Assembly: GCA_964016885.1 (NCBI GenBank)
Contig: OZ024741.1
Location: forward strand, 178,684,001 to 178,748,000
Origin: Eledone cirrhosa
Taxonomy: Eukaryota
Length of the DNA stretch: 64,000 nt
Reading direction: 5' to 3'
Both the position numbers and the translations under genes were made by a program. This document shows, piece by piece, positions 12,061 through 26,062 of this stretch (position 1 is the stretch's first letter; every line of letters begins with the position of its first letter). The notes under the pieces are model-generated. The model did no database searches, was not told the DNA's origin, and saw only the letters and a program-made list of their open reading frames with translations.

Positions 12061-12527
12061 CGTATTTAAGAAAGCCACAACAATGCAGAGAGAAATCTCG
12101 AGGTAGGAAGTGAAAGATAGATAGGAAAAACAGGTGAAAGTGAAAATTGAGAGAGACAAAGATGAAAACAAAACAAAGGTAGAAGGGTTACCGTAGTAGA
12201 GATTTAATCCCAATATTTCGGGCTCACGCCCATCAACGGGGGAAAGTTCCAAAAGGGGGGGGGAACAGGCCAAGCGGAGAAAGATGTGATGTCGTTAAGA
12301 CAGGAATGCATTCCTGTCTTAACGACATTAAGATTAAATCTCTACTACGGTAACCCTTCTACCTTTGTTTTGTTTTCATCTTTGTCTCTCTCAATTTTCA
12401 CTTTCACCTGTTTTTCCTATCTATCTTTCACTTCCTACCTCGAGATTTCCCTCTGCATTGTTGTGGCTTTCTTAAATACGTATTTTACACATTTCACAAT
12501 GCTTCAAGCAAACTTTAACACCCTCAT
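12054..12527. mobile_element. Fold-back element (156-bp arms 12054-12209 / 12332-12487; 40 nt tail; nested perfect 40-bp palindrome 12289-12328)
   Basis: Direct reverse-complement comparison; (TA)n on both sides; decayed hammerhead 12208-12242 (-) with gggc-GTGA-gccc GAAA ta TT ggg. Confidence 0.85.
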
Positions 12528-12934
12528 ATATATATATATACAGAGTGAGAGAAAGAGAGAGAATTAAGTAATGATATGTTGACTAACCAGGTCTGTGTAT
12601 GCAATATACCAATCAGTCACCAATAATACAATTAGATTCGAGCACTCGACATCATGTATATGCTTCTAAATGAGACTTGGTAATTCATGAGTATATGTAC
12701 AATGATAATTGCTAAGGCGAGGTGTAGATATTTATAATTTCTTTATTCCTAATCAGCCGCAATACATATTTCTATGAAGTTCATGATCAAATGTTACTGT
12801 CATCACAGCTTTATCAGATATTCGCCTTAAGTAATACAATCTTTATGTAATATTGCTAATGCAAAAGAATACAGAGTATGGACAAAATACGGGCGTGTTG
12901 GTCGCTTCCAGTATCAAAGCCCGTCCTCATATAC

Positions 12935-13001
<67 letters not shown>

Positions 13002-13042
13002 TGTGTGTGTGTGTGCGTGGGTGTGTGCGCGTGTGTGTGTGT

Positions 13043-13085
<43 letters not shown>

Positions 13086-13235
13086 TGTGTGTGTGTGTGT
13101 GTGTTTAAAACGACAACAGAAGACTGTACTGGAAGACATGATGTAAATTTTAATTTCGTGAAATCACTATATATATATATTTCAATGGCCCAGCCCCATC
13201 ATCCATTTATTATGCAAGATAACATATATATATAT

Positions 13236-13330
<95 letters not shown>

Positions 13331-13657
13331 AATAGAGAGATAGAGAGAGGGAGAAAAGAGAGAGAGGGAGAGAGCGAAAGAAAGAGAGATAGAGAGAGGG
13401 AGAAAAGAGAGAGAGGGAGGGAGAGAGAGAAAGAGAGAAAGAGTGTGGGGTGGGTGTAGGGGCGTGGGGGTGTGGGAGTGTGTCTGCAGGCAGTGCTGAG
13501 ACCAAGGAGAGCACTTATCATGGGTGTACTCAGTGTATGTGGAGATACAGAGTGGATATATTGTATGTAAAATCACGTTCGCGGCGCCAGGTTGAACACA
13601 CAAGCCGAAACCGATTGGCGCCGCGGTCGGAATTTTACATATCCCTATATATATATA

Positions 13658-13774
<117 letters not shown>

Positions 13775-14072
13775 GTGTGCGTGTGTGTCTGTGTGTGTGT
13801 GTGTGTGTTTCAACATCTGCTTGACTTTAGAAATGTTAGGATTATTTGATATTTGAAAGGTAGTCGTTCTAGTGTACATATCTATAATAATAGTCGATCT
13901 CTATAAATAATTGTTGAGAAAATCGAGTAAGGTACCCCTGGGGGTGGGAAAAACCGGAGGAAAGCGTCTGCAAAGAATTGAACACCGTTTCTCTTGCCTG
14001 TCCAGCGTTGCTTTAACCACTGTGTTAGGGCTGGGGGCTGGTCACCAATTGCCATTTTCTGTAAGATGTTAA

Positions 14073-14245
14073 CCCTTTAGCATTTACATTACTCTATATT
14101 TACCATTATATTTTCAGGGTAAATGCTTTTTATTTATTTTGAGAACAATACCTTAATATCAGTATGGGCGGCAGGTTACAGCTAGTTTGGACGTAAAGAG
14201 GTGAGAGAATTCTGGCCGGATACAGCCGGTTTAAAAGCTAAAGGG
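14073..14245. mobile_element. piggyBac-type MITE
   Basis: TTAA|CCCTTTAGC ... GCTAAAGGG|TTAA; related decayed copy at ~48920-49126. Confidence 0.8.
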
Positions 14246-14531
14246 TTAAGTCTGTAACTATAAGTGTGAACAGCTGCTTGACTTAAGAAAGATGGAGAAG
14301 ATACATGGCTTGGAATTATTTATGGTTCAAGCCAGTGTTCCGTGAAGTATTATGTGCCTTTCGTACTATCTACATGCACGATTCATATTTGCCGCTTCGC
14401 TCTTTATGGTTGTTGGAATACTGGGACATGTATTTGATATACTGTAATAGAGAGACAGACACTCAAATAGATAGGCAGAAACAAACAGATAGATGGACAC
14501 ACAGAGACACAGAGACAAATAGACAGACAGA

Positions 14532-14788
14532 TAGGTAGGTAGGTAGGTAGGTAGGTAGGTAGGTAGGTAGGTAGGTAGGTAGGTAGGTAGGTAGGTAGGA
14601 AGGGGGTTAGGTAGGTAGGTAGGTATGTAAGTAGGTATATATGGATGGAAGTAGGTAGGTAGGGTAGGTAGATAGGGAGGTAGGTAGGTAGGTAGGTAAG
14701 TAGGTAGGTAGGTAGGTAGGTAGGTAGGGAGGGAGGTAGGTAGGTAGGTAGGTAGGTAGGTAGGTAGGTAGGTAAGTATGTAGGTAGC
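14532..14788. repeat. (TAGG)n microsatellite; more at ~17030-17080
   Basis: Direct reading. Confidence 0.95.
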
Positions 14789-14789
14789 T

Positions 14790-15865
14790 TTGGCTCCCTC
14801 GTTTCCCAGAGCACGTATTTTGCTTCTGACAACGCAACCTTCATGCTTTGCGTCGAAGAACTGGTCCAAGGCCATTCTCGTTGCTAGCACGCTGGCTACG
14901 TTGCCACTCCTAAGTGCCTCTTTTACTTTATCTACCAGTTCCTTTTCGGTCTTATTTCTATCTAACACTAATTCTTTACTAAAACCTATCGAGTCTAATC
15001 TAACTGCCCTCTTGAGAGAGTACCACCATCTGTTGTTGACAATGGCCCCCGTCAAGTGCTGCTTAACTAAAGTGTTAATCCGTCTACTGTAGGCTTTGCA
15101 TGTCGGTAACGACAAGTTCAGCTTACAGTAGCTGGGTCCCTGTCTATGGGTTTTGTCAAGATTGACTAAGCAGGTCACTAATTTGTGATCTGAATAGGCA
15201 ACCATGAATACTTTTTGGACAGCTTAACATGTGCCTATGCTTATTTCTAACTAGAACCTTATCTAGGTACGATCTAGATGTTCCGCTACGATTAGTCCAC
15301 GTCCACAGTGGCACAGTCGGAAAATCTAGTCGATATCTATCGGCCAGGTCAAATTGGCCGATTAACTGTTTGAGGGTGTTACACCACCTCTATCGGGACA
15401 TGCTCCCACATAGTCCCAACGTGCATCTAGGATTCCATTCCAGTCCCCCACTAACAGCAGGGAGCGGGACGTTCCCAGAAAAGTCTCTAGACGTTTGAAG
15501 AAGTCTGGCCGCGGTGTCCCGGATGGGGCATATGCGCCCACCAGCCTGAAGACTCCACTTTCACTACCGTCAACGTCTAGATCCACCAGTCGACCCTCCG
15601 GGTCCAGATGTACTGTCTGTGTTACGAGGTCCAGGTGTTTCCGCAGCAAAATGGCAACCCCACCCCCACCTCCCGGCTGACAGAGAGATGCGTAGATCTC
15701 AAAGTCGTCGAAGATAGGGGCCAGTTGTCGCTCGCTGTGGATCCTGGACTCGCAAATGGCTACTACATCCATGCTGTGCGACCTGAGGTAGTTTAAGAGT
15801 TTGCCCTGTTTCCAAGGCATCCCCAGGCCGCGTACATTCACACATCCAACTCTTATATTGGCCAT
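14790..15865 (-). pseudogene. L1/Tx1-type LINE ORF2 N-terminus (APE endonuclease), frameshifted and truncated before the RT
   Basis: CVNVRGL, ICESR, GGGVAIL, EGRLV, GAYAP, VGDWN and SDHKLV motifs in ORFs 15362-15865 and 14366-15205. Confidence 0.9.
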
Positions 15866-15899
15866 GTTGGTGCTGAAAAGTTAACAGAAGAGGAAAAGA

Positions 15900-17030
15900 A
15901 ATCACTCACCTCTTCGTCTCCTGGGGACCAGGCTGCACAATTTCCATGGGGCTGTTGGAGGGGTTGTTTGGTGGGGCGGTGGTCTCTGGAGGGGTCGAGA
16001 CAGAGATGTTTAGTGGGGAGCAGGTGTCTGGTGGGATGGGAGCGGGGGTGAGGAAACATTTTAATAGGACTCGATTGTAGTGTTTGACGCAGGGGTTACC
16101 TACGTCGTTAGGAAATGTTTCTTTTAACTGTTTATGCGGGTCCATGGAGGTCCTAATCATTTTAAGATTAGGATTCTCCGAAGAGTGTGTAAAAGTTTTC
16201 CCTTCGGTCTCCACCGAAGGGTTTTTATATATGGTGCCTGTTAAAGTTTTATTGTTAGTATTTATGTAGGTGTAACATTTCTGTTGTGTTGGGTTGCTTT
16301 TTGTCTGTGGTTCTTGTGTGTGTTTGCGTTTTGTAGTAGGTGTTTTGTTTTCAGGAGGGGGTGTTTTTGTTTGTGCTGTTTGCGTCGCTTGTGTTGGTGT
16401 TTGTGTGTTTGTTGCATTTTTGTTTGTGTTATGTCTTTTCTTTTTTATTTTTACTGGTCGGAAAGGCTCTCCCTCATCGTCACTGGGTGACGATGATGAG
16501 GCTTCATCCGTGTTCTTGGGGGAAGAGTACGTTTTGAGGAGCTGTTATGTGTGTGGGTGTTTCCGGAGTTGTTTTAGGTGGGGAGGGGTTGGGTGGGACT
16601 GTGTTTGTCGTTTGTTTTGTTGTCACTATTTGTTTATGTTTTTGTTGTTGTGGTGGTGGTGATTGTTGTGCTGGTGTTGCATGTGTTGGCAGTAGTGCCT
16701 TTTTTTGGCTAGTTAGCCGAGGACAGGAAGCTCTCAGGTGACCCCTGCTTGAGCAGTGGTAACATGAGGGCCGCCTACCTTCGACCGAAATGTTTATGTA
16801 TATAAGCCGATCCAGCAACACACGTTCCGGGATCCTAGCTATTCGTTCTGGTATCATTTAGACCAGAACTTCCAGGCTAGTTCCGCTGAACAGGTCGCCG
16901 GAGGACTTACCTACCGATATTATATAGTCTGTTTCGTGGTTTAAAAATCCACATAGTACCCACCAAATGTCAATATTTGGTGTGATACTTTGGATTTTTA
17001 TTTTCTGTGTCCTTTTCCCCGTGTAAATTG
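15900..17030 (-). pseudogene. L1/Tx1-type LINE ORF1 with a CCHC zinc knuckle, disrupted by stops
   Basis: VEGRRPSCYHCSSRGHLRASCP followed by a low-complexity P/T/Q/K region, directly upstream of the APE domain. Confidence 0.8.
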
Positions 17031-17172
17031 GTAGGGATGTCGGTAGGTAGGTAAGTAGGTAAGTAGAAAGGTAGGTAGGTAGAGGAATAACAAGATAGAC
17101 TGACTTACATACAGTCACAGATAAGTAGACAACGAGCTCTACTGAGTGACAGACAGATATTGATAGATAAAG

Positions 17173-17259
<87 letters not shown>

Positions 17260-18184
17260 AAAGATATCGATAGATTGATTGAATATTTGGTTAATCGATT
17301 GATGGATTGATTGATAAATGTAGCAAAGTAGCTTTATAGGTATGTAGTCCTATAGACAATTAGATACATAGATAAATAGATATAAAGATAGGTAAATAGC
17401 CACAAAGAGAAATGGAGTCATACTATTACTACTACTAACACTAATACTACTACTAGTAGTAGTAGTAGTGGTGGTGGTGGCGGTGGTGGTAGTATGTCTT
17501 TTCACAGAACAAAATTATTTTTAGTGAGAGGGAATTTTTCTGTATATAGAAAAGAACTTTTATGTTTTAGGCAGAATATTTCAGGGGGTGACAGAGACTA
17601 AATGTCAACTATAGTTAGAGTATTAGCTCAATCCCATTATTACTGCACTGGGACTTGTTGAACACAACAACAAGGATATGGTCAGAACGTGGAAGAGCCG
17701 AACTCCCAGATATAGGCAATCAAAAACAGACATGTACATATAAATAGCTAGGTGCAAAATATATATAACTTTGCAATTATCTACATACTTAGAAGCTGTC
17801 ACATAAACTAATTTTTCAGCAATCTATATTTCCGGAGAATATTTTACGCTCTGTTTCACACTGTGTGCGAATAATGACGCAGACAACATCTTTAACTAAC
17901 ATCCGCCAAAATGTTCTTGAAATGTATCAAAGAGCTATATATTTCGAAATATTACATCATTAATAAATCATTTGAATCTTTTGCCAGGTTTGATTTACGA
18001 CAAATGTGAAAGGCATATAAAATATTTTAGACATTTATATAAGATTGACTTTAGTTTTAAAATGTGGTGTGTACTTGTGTCCTTACATATTTTATTAGTG
18101 TATATGTGTATATACGTGTGTATATAAATATATATGCGTGTATGTATGGATTCGTGTGTGTATGGATAAGTGTGTGAATATACG

Positions 18185-18323
<139 letters not shown>

Positions 18324-19524
18324 ATGTATATATGCATACGTGTATGTGTGTGCATGTGCATGCGTATATATGAGTATATATGTGTATGTGTGCATGTATG
18401 TATGAGCATGTGTATATATGTGTATGCACATATCTATGTGTGTGTGTGTATGTATTTGTGTACATGTATTATGTATATGCATTATGTGTTTATTTGTGCA
18501 TGTATGTGTATAAGTATGTAAGCATATGTGTATGCTTGAATGTATATGTGCATTTATGTATTTTTACTTGTGTATCTGTGTGTGTATCTATGTGTGCATG
18601 AATATGCGTATGTATATATATATATATATATAAGTGTGTGTGTGTGTGTAGGGATCTGTGTATCAGTGTTCAAGTGTATGCATGTATGTATGTAGTTATG
18701 TATGAACGTATGTATGTTCTTGAAATGCAAAGTTAAGATTGAAATACGCTAATGGATTAAATAGTTATATAGTTAAATTGGGTAACCCATAACTAATACT
18801 TAACAGTATTTGCTCTGAATTGAACACAATATTTTAAAATCCCTTTTGCATTTCCATCACATTGTTGATCTACAGGATAATAGCATAGTCAATATAATCA
18901 TTGTTAAATGTTGAGTGCTCTAATCTACTAAATGTTTGTGAGTTCCATCTCTGGTGTAGTATATCTACATATAAGTAGAAAAGTCGTGCCCTTAGCAGTG
19001 TAGAATTCTGGTGTCCTTGGCCCTAGGGCTACCTCCCTACTCACCAGAATAGGCGCTGAGCTGGCCAGCTGCAGGTGTGAGCCTCTCCCTTACCATCCTC
19101 CGGAGAAACGCCTTCTCTATTCTGACCGCCGGGGCTGTCGGGCGGCCAGCACGTGGGATCCCATTTGCTCACAATACAGCGAGGTGGGGAGGGCGAGAGA
19201 GATGGAGGTGATGGCAGTGGGAGTTCGGCTCTTCCGTGTTCGGACACATGGCATCTGTCATGTGGAACATGTGATTTTAAGCTCCACAACAACACTTCCA
19301 TCAGCATTACTTTCATCGTATCCTTACTCCATCACAAATCTTCAACAAATTTCTTCTAAAACTGCGCAGAAGAGTATAAAAGTGGCAGTGAGTTCAAATT
19401 TTCATCTGTATTGAGTGCTCAGTCAGTTAATGTGTGAATGTTTTAAATAACATGTTATTTTAAACGCACATTTGTATACTTAGTTGAAGTGCAACTAGCA
19501 AGAGACATCACAATACATATCGAA

Positions 19525-19742
19525 TAATGGTTTCTGATTTAGGCACAAGGCCAAACATTTTGGGGGAGGAGAAAGTCGATTAAATTTACTCCAGTACGTT
19601 TCTGGTACTTTACTTTATCGACCCCTTAAGGATGAAAGGCAAAGCTAACCTCGGCAGGATTTGATCTCAAAGCGTAAAGTGCCGTAACTCAATGCTGCAA
19701 TGTATGTTGTTCGGCGCTCAACAATACTGCTAATCCACCACC
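19525..19742 (-). mobile_element. tRNA-derived SINE (Meta-like core)
   Basis: Reverse complement of the SINE consensus seen at 29902. Confidence 0.85.
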
Positions 19743-21473
19743 CTAATAAAACTAGAAAACCTATACATGGAAAACGGAATAAGAACATTTGTTGATGTGA
19801 ATAAAATTTGATGGTCCTAATAAACATTTCGGTTCGAAATTTCCTGAACATTATCGAATATGACACCATACGTCGGGTGGAGTGTACCATGGTCGAAGCA
19901 TTTTAACTATGACAATCAAGATGCAAACATCACTTCATGTCCGAATACATCGGTATATAATAATATTTTAGAAGTTATTACCTGAATATTCTATAGAATA
20001 TATTTTTCAATATTCTTTTCTGTTATTCCTAATATAGTAAATATTATGGATCGAATTATTAATATCTTACCAATGAAATTATACGCAAAGCTAGTTTGTT
20101 TCTATGTTTAGTCTGGGATATAAACACAGTGCCGAGAGAGCCTTCATGATTGGTGGTGATAAACAGAGAGAAAAGTATCCTTTAACTGGTGACATCACCC
20201 GAATGCTTGCAACAAAAGTGGAACCTGCCATAATCACTCACGGGCCAGGTGGTGGTGTTAAACTGGAAAGGGTGCGGATTAAGTCTAGCATCATACGTAG
20301 ATTTTAAACAATGTAACAACAGATACTTAGATTGGACAAGTGCCAAAATCGTGTTAAATTATGTTACCAGTGAGTATCCACTACTATATTTTACTTTCCT
20401 GCTAGTAAGAAATGATCTATTGGATAGTTGAATCTGTTAGAATTCTAGTCAAACCTTCTTCAAATCACAGACAACTGTTTTAAAATGAAGCACTCTTTGA
20501 TAAAAGAATTATCTGAAATTTTAGATCAAATGTTTGACTGGAATAAATTTGTTCTATAGATCTACTTAATTACAATTATCATGGGGCTAAACAACAATGA
20601 CAATAACATCAGCATTTTTTATGTTTCATAAATAGAGTTGCATGGTGGACGTCAAACAATTTTCATACTGTATTTTCTATACATTAGAATATCTGCTTAG
20701 AATGATACTGTTAACTACAACTCGTGATCAGTCTACGCTAGGGAATAATAACTGAAATGCTTGCCATTTGCATAAAAGAACTCGAAAAACTTGAATTAAA
20801 TGTTGTACGTCAAATAAAACATTGTTATATAATCACGGTTGCCATTGCCTAAACAAATGTTCTAGTCTTACTGCCTATCATTGCTCAAGAAAACCTATTA
20901 TCCAAGGGGTGCTAGCCATCGCCATCTAGTGTTAGTTTATGTCTAGTGTTACATTCCCTAATGTACAATTCTCTTTTAAAACCGTATAGTACAGTTTTAA
21001 GGATATTTGGCTATTATTTCTTACTTGCACAGTGATGACCAGATTCCTCGTCAACTAAATTTATCATATTAATTTACAGCTAGTTGGAGTTAGTCATTGA
21101 CTGTCAAGTATTTTGGTGATAGACACTGGGAATTATCAGTGATAGAATTTAGAAGAAAAAACTGTTTGTTATTTCAGTCAGTAGAATCAGTAGTCAGACG
21201 CCCTATCGACCTTATCGCAGACGACTCTATGGAAAGGAATTACGAATCTGTTATTTTTAGTGTGTTCAGTCAACGTACATAATATTCCTTTAATAAAAAA
21301 AGTTATCTATTCAGAAACACTTGTGCCTCTAAACTCCAATAATACAGATGTTTTCAATCACGTAACTATCATTCAACCATCACATTCCGAATGAGCTGTG
21401 TGGGCTGTTGAAAGAACCAATATTATAGAAGAAATCAATATACAGTATATGTATATACTGTATATATGTATAT

Positions 21474-21558
<85 letters not shown>

Positions 21559-21621
21559 GTGTGTGCTCGTGTGTGTGCTCGTGTTTGTGTGTGCGTGTGT
21601 GTGTATATATATATATGTATG

Positions 21622-21684
<63 letters not shown>

Positions 21685-21754
21685 ATGTATATATATATAT
21701 ATATAATATATATATATTTATATAAATATATATATATATATATTTATGTATATA

Positions 21755-21810
<56 letters not shown>

Positions 21811-22309
21811 GGGCCACGTCTGACTGTGTCTATATTATTTTTCGTTTGCATTATTTTGTAGATTCGGGGTTATTATTTTGCAGTTTTTTTTTTATTTGTT
21901 GCTTATCTGCTGTTTCTTTTTTTTATTTTTCGTGATTGAAGTTACTGTAGAAAGAGGTCTAGGCATCAAATTTTATACATAAGAAAGATGACCTGTTTAA
22001 ACAAGTTTCGTATTTAATAAACAAACTAAATATTTGAGACCCGCAAATAGTCAAGGTAGAATAGCAACGCGTTGCTGGCCGTCATTGATAAGGGTTACAA
22101 TAAACATCACCTTAATTCTTAAAGACTCCGAATTCCCTATAATACGTGTTGCATGCTGGCAACAATGCACCACCGTAAGAAATGTAGGTATGAATTCGTC
22201 CGATATTCTTGTTAGTAATAAAACATAAATGAAACGAACTCGTCCGTGCGGTTTTATTGCACAATTTCACATTCAGCATCTTGCAAAGCAAATGCAAACA
22301 CGAAATAAT

Positions 22310-22527
22310 AATGGTTTCTTATATAGGCACAAGGCCAGCAATTTTGGGGGAGGGGAAAGTCGATTATATCGACCCCAGTGCGTGACTGGTACTTTATTTT
22401 AACGACCCCGTAAGGATGAAAGGCAAAGTTAACCTCGGCAGGATTCGAACTCAGACCGTAAAGGGACGTAACTCTATGCTGCAAAACAGCGTCCGACCCA
22501 CTACTGATACTGCCAATCCACTGCCCT
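22310..22527 (-). mobile_element. Full-length tRNA-derived SINE
   Basis: Box A (tggcagtatcagtag) and box B (gagttcgaatcc) plus Meta-like core. Confidence 0.88.
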
Positions 22528-25048
22528 AGATATTCTTGTTAATAATAAAAGATAAATGAAACTAACTCGTGCGTGCGGTTTTATTGGCACCATGCCCCTC
22601 CTAATGTGTAGCAATATTCGTTTCAATGCACAATTTCACATTCAGCATCTTGCAAAGCAAATGCAAAAACGAAATAATAATCAATGATGTTCGATGTAAA
22701 CCAATTCAATTTATTTGAAACCAATTCAATTTACTTAGACTGTGAACGTCCACCACATTTCTGATTTTCTATCATTTGAATCCAAGAAACTGAATATCCT
22801 TAAAAAAGCTAAGCAAGACTAAAATTATATTGCCATATTTGTCTCATTTGAATAAATTTCTTCAAAATCTTTCATATCACTTGTTTAAAATTGTTGATAC
22901 CTCTGGCTTTCAGTACATTCGGAAGAATCTTGGTTGTTTTATCTTCATCCAGACACCGCTTGAATGAATTGAATGCCCGAAAATTATGAAAAAATATTAT
23001 TGCCCGGAATGTACAAGTTGATCTAAAAGAGACATTCATCAGTGAGAGGGCACTGATAAGGAATATGCTTTATTTGTTTTAATTCCGTATAAATTGTGAC
23101 CTCAATTCACTAAGCACTAATGTTTCTGGTGGATGAACATCCAGTATTCTGAGCCACGATTGTTTTCACTGCAATGGGTTTACGTTTGTTCGACAGCAAT
23201 CGGTTCATGTTTCCTAAATATTGTTCCTTTCGGATTTGGCACAAAATAACCACAATGATACAAATGTGAATTAAATGTTTAGACAATCTCATCTTTTTCC
23301 TATCACGAATTAAAGGAAAAGGAGCATAATGCCAATTAAATGAAAAAGAGAAATCTCTTTTAATTTTAACTATGTTCACATCTAAGATAATTTGTAGAAA
23401 TACTAAATAAATTCAGGTGCTTGTACTACATTCTATCGACCAGCAAAAAGGAAAGAAAAAATTGGTCTCAGCAGAATTTGAGATCAGAACATAAAAGTCC
23501 GTAACTGCCAATGATTTGATTTGACTCTCTTTCGATTGTTCTAATGCATCGCCAATATAGATTGAGTATAGAAAACAAAATGTTATCTTAGAGATAACAA
23601 CTTTCTGGTGGTGGGGGACGGGGTTGTATTATTTTTCTTTTGATGCTCACTGGTTCATTGCCTTGCAGTTTCCTTGCATGTAGCTGGTTCCCATTTGTGT
23701 TGAAGAGTAAATGCAGCTCTTCAGTTTCAGGATTGATATTTTCCCCAGAAGATTCTTGACAGTTGTGTTGAGTATCGATTAAAGAGAATTCAGTGTTAGA
23801 TGGATATCTTCTCTATAGAAGTTATACGTACCTTACTAATGGCTGTGTTAGTAAGGAGGACATATAGATGCCGTTGCACCACTGCTGACTTTAAAGAAAC
23901 AAAAGGATTATAACACAAAGCACGCACTTCTGACAATGCATTAAAGGCCTCAAACTTAAATACTTAAAGAAATTGCTAAAACATACAAGTTTGCACTGTC
24001 AACAATATTTCGAAATGTGATAAGATATATTTGTCACTTAATGGAATGTTACACTATATAAGAAACGAAAGAGAAAGTTCTGTTATTGAATCAAGTCTAA
24101 AGTTAATTATTAATTGAATTAGTTCAGAAGCTAATTAATTGAATTTATTTCGAATACTGCAATGAGATAAGAGAAAGTGTAGGGTGTTGGATGTTTAGTA
24201 TTTAGCTTCATAACATTAATATTCTGAGTTCTATTCCGATAATCCTGAAGGATTTTGACGTCAGTTTTCATTTGTTAAGAGAAATAAAAAGAGTGCAAGC
24301 AATTATAACCGATTCATTGAAGCTTATGCTTCAATTCGTGGCTTCAATCCCTAGACGTAGCAGCGCATTGCATCCTATATTTTACGATGTACAGTCCACT
24401 CAATTGAAAGGAATATGGCAACCAACAGCCGTAGTTTGTGGGTTAACCTAGAGCTGAACTCAATTCTTTTTACTTAAGGCAAATGAAACCGGGATACGTT
24501 CCAGCTTAAGAAGCTTCTAAGCTTGGGACCAACTTTAACTTTATATTAACTTACAAGAGTTGATCTTCAGCTCCACCAAAGTAGTATCAAGACATGCAAA
24601 ACCGTTTAGGTTTGGGAATGTGTTTATGTATAGAATGGAGTTAAACTCTAAATAAGGAAATGCATTTACCAGCTATCCTTTTAGTAAACGAGATACAACG
24701 ATTATTTTACAAAACCATGCGGGAAATGTAAAGATCCTGCATAAGATACATACTCTTATTTTTATTTTGATACAGTGAAGGTAATTTTCCCCTCGGTACG
24801 ACACTTTATTTAAGAATATCCATATGTTTACCGGGCTGCAAATGACAACATCAGACATACTCACTCGGAACATATCGCAGCGTAAACAATTTCATAATAG
24901 CTGGCTGACGCGGTCGTATAAATTAAATAATTGATACTATTGAAATGCGTATAACAATAAAGGCATAATCAATAAACTGAATTACACAGACGAGAAAACC
25001 ATATATTCTCGCCTATTTTCAAAGTCCAGCAGTTGCAAGATTGGGAGG

Positions 25049-25096
25049 GATCGTGCTGATAAGAACCAGTTCAGTTCGAAATGCGTATCCACGATT
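25049..25096 (+). ncRNA. Hammerhead with a single core mutation (G8A)
   Basis: gatcgtg CTGATAA gaac-cagttca-gttc GAAA tgcgta TC cacgatt. Confidence 0.7.
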
Positions 25097-25274
25097 GTCC
25101 CCCTTGCTTCTGCTGGACATCGCCAGACGGCGTTAGTCGCTGCTGTTTTGGCATAGCTACGGCTCTCTAAATGTGTATTTCAAACATACGTTGTTTCTTC
25201 CGAAATACGAAATTCAAATACATATCTGTATACAATTATGCCTGAAGCTAAGTTGTAATTCGCTCTCTCTCTCT

Positions 25275-25717
25275 CTCTTAGTACAGCTGATACCTAAATA
25301 TAAGTATTTATACGTACATACATAAATGTGTACAGACGTACAGTAGTATGTATATATATATATACATACATGCACACATATATATATGTACGTAAGGGTT
25401 TACCGAACATTTATTATAATGTTCGGTTTGTAAACAAACAGCCCGAATTACGCCGTACAGTGCTCGGCAACTATCGTTGCCCTTTTGTTCAACACTGACG
25501 CAGGAACGATGTACTAGTTTCAAGGTTATTAGCTATCGTCAGCATCGTATACCTTCCTGCCAGATGGTTGAACGTTTGAAAGTATATACTTTCCTTATGC
25601 ATATTAACGGCTGAGCTGCCTAATTTGCATATCGCGTGAGTTAGTCGGCCGGGCGCACCGAAAACGATAAATGGAAAAGAATGAAACGAAATTTCATTTC
25701 TCACTCTTAGTACGGCT
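25275..25717 (-). mobile_element. ~430 nt hammerhead element with a short terminal direct repeat; related rearranged fragment at ~9790-9925
   Basis: ctcttagtac(a/g)gct at 25275 and 25704; microsatellite flanks. Confidence 0.65.
25506..25548 (-). ncRNA. Minimal type I hammerhead
   Basis: acgatg CTGACGA tagctaataacctt GAAA ctag TA catcgt; weak stem II. Confidence 0.75.
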
Positions 25718-25718
25718 A

Positions 25719-25800
<82 letters not shown>

Positions 25801-25801
25801 T

Positions 25802-25982
25802 ATGGAAGTTTAGTAAGATCGAAGTTTTGGTTGTAGCCAAGCTTACGATACACAATTAGGATTATGCAGCCAAGCACTCGATGAGGTTGGAGCTCAGAGT
25901 AATAGCATACGTTAGATAGCAAGTCAAATTGAAAACTGGGCACGAAAGCCTAGCCACAGGACCAAAGCAACGAAAAAACTTT

Positions 25983-26062
<80 letters not shown>

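Noticed and set aside
12755-12825. CTGATAA...GAAA (-) hammerhead-like motif
   Set aside because: Mutated core, poor stem II, cleavage triplet not in register
22880-23380. Possible coding remnant
   Set aside because: No recognisable motif in any frame examined
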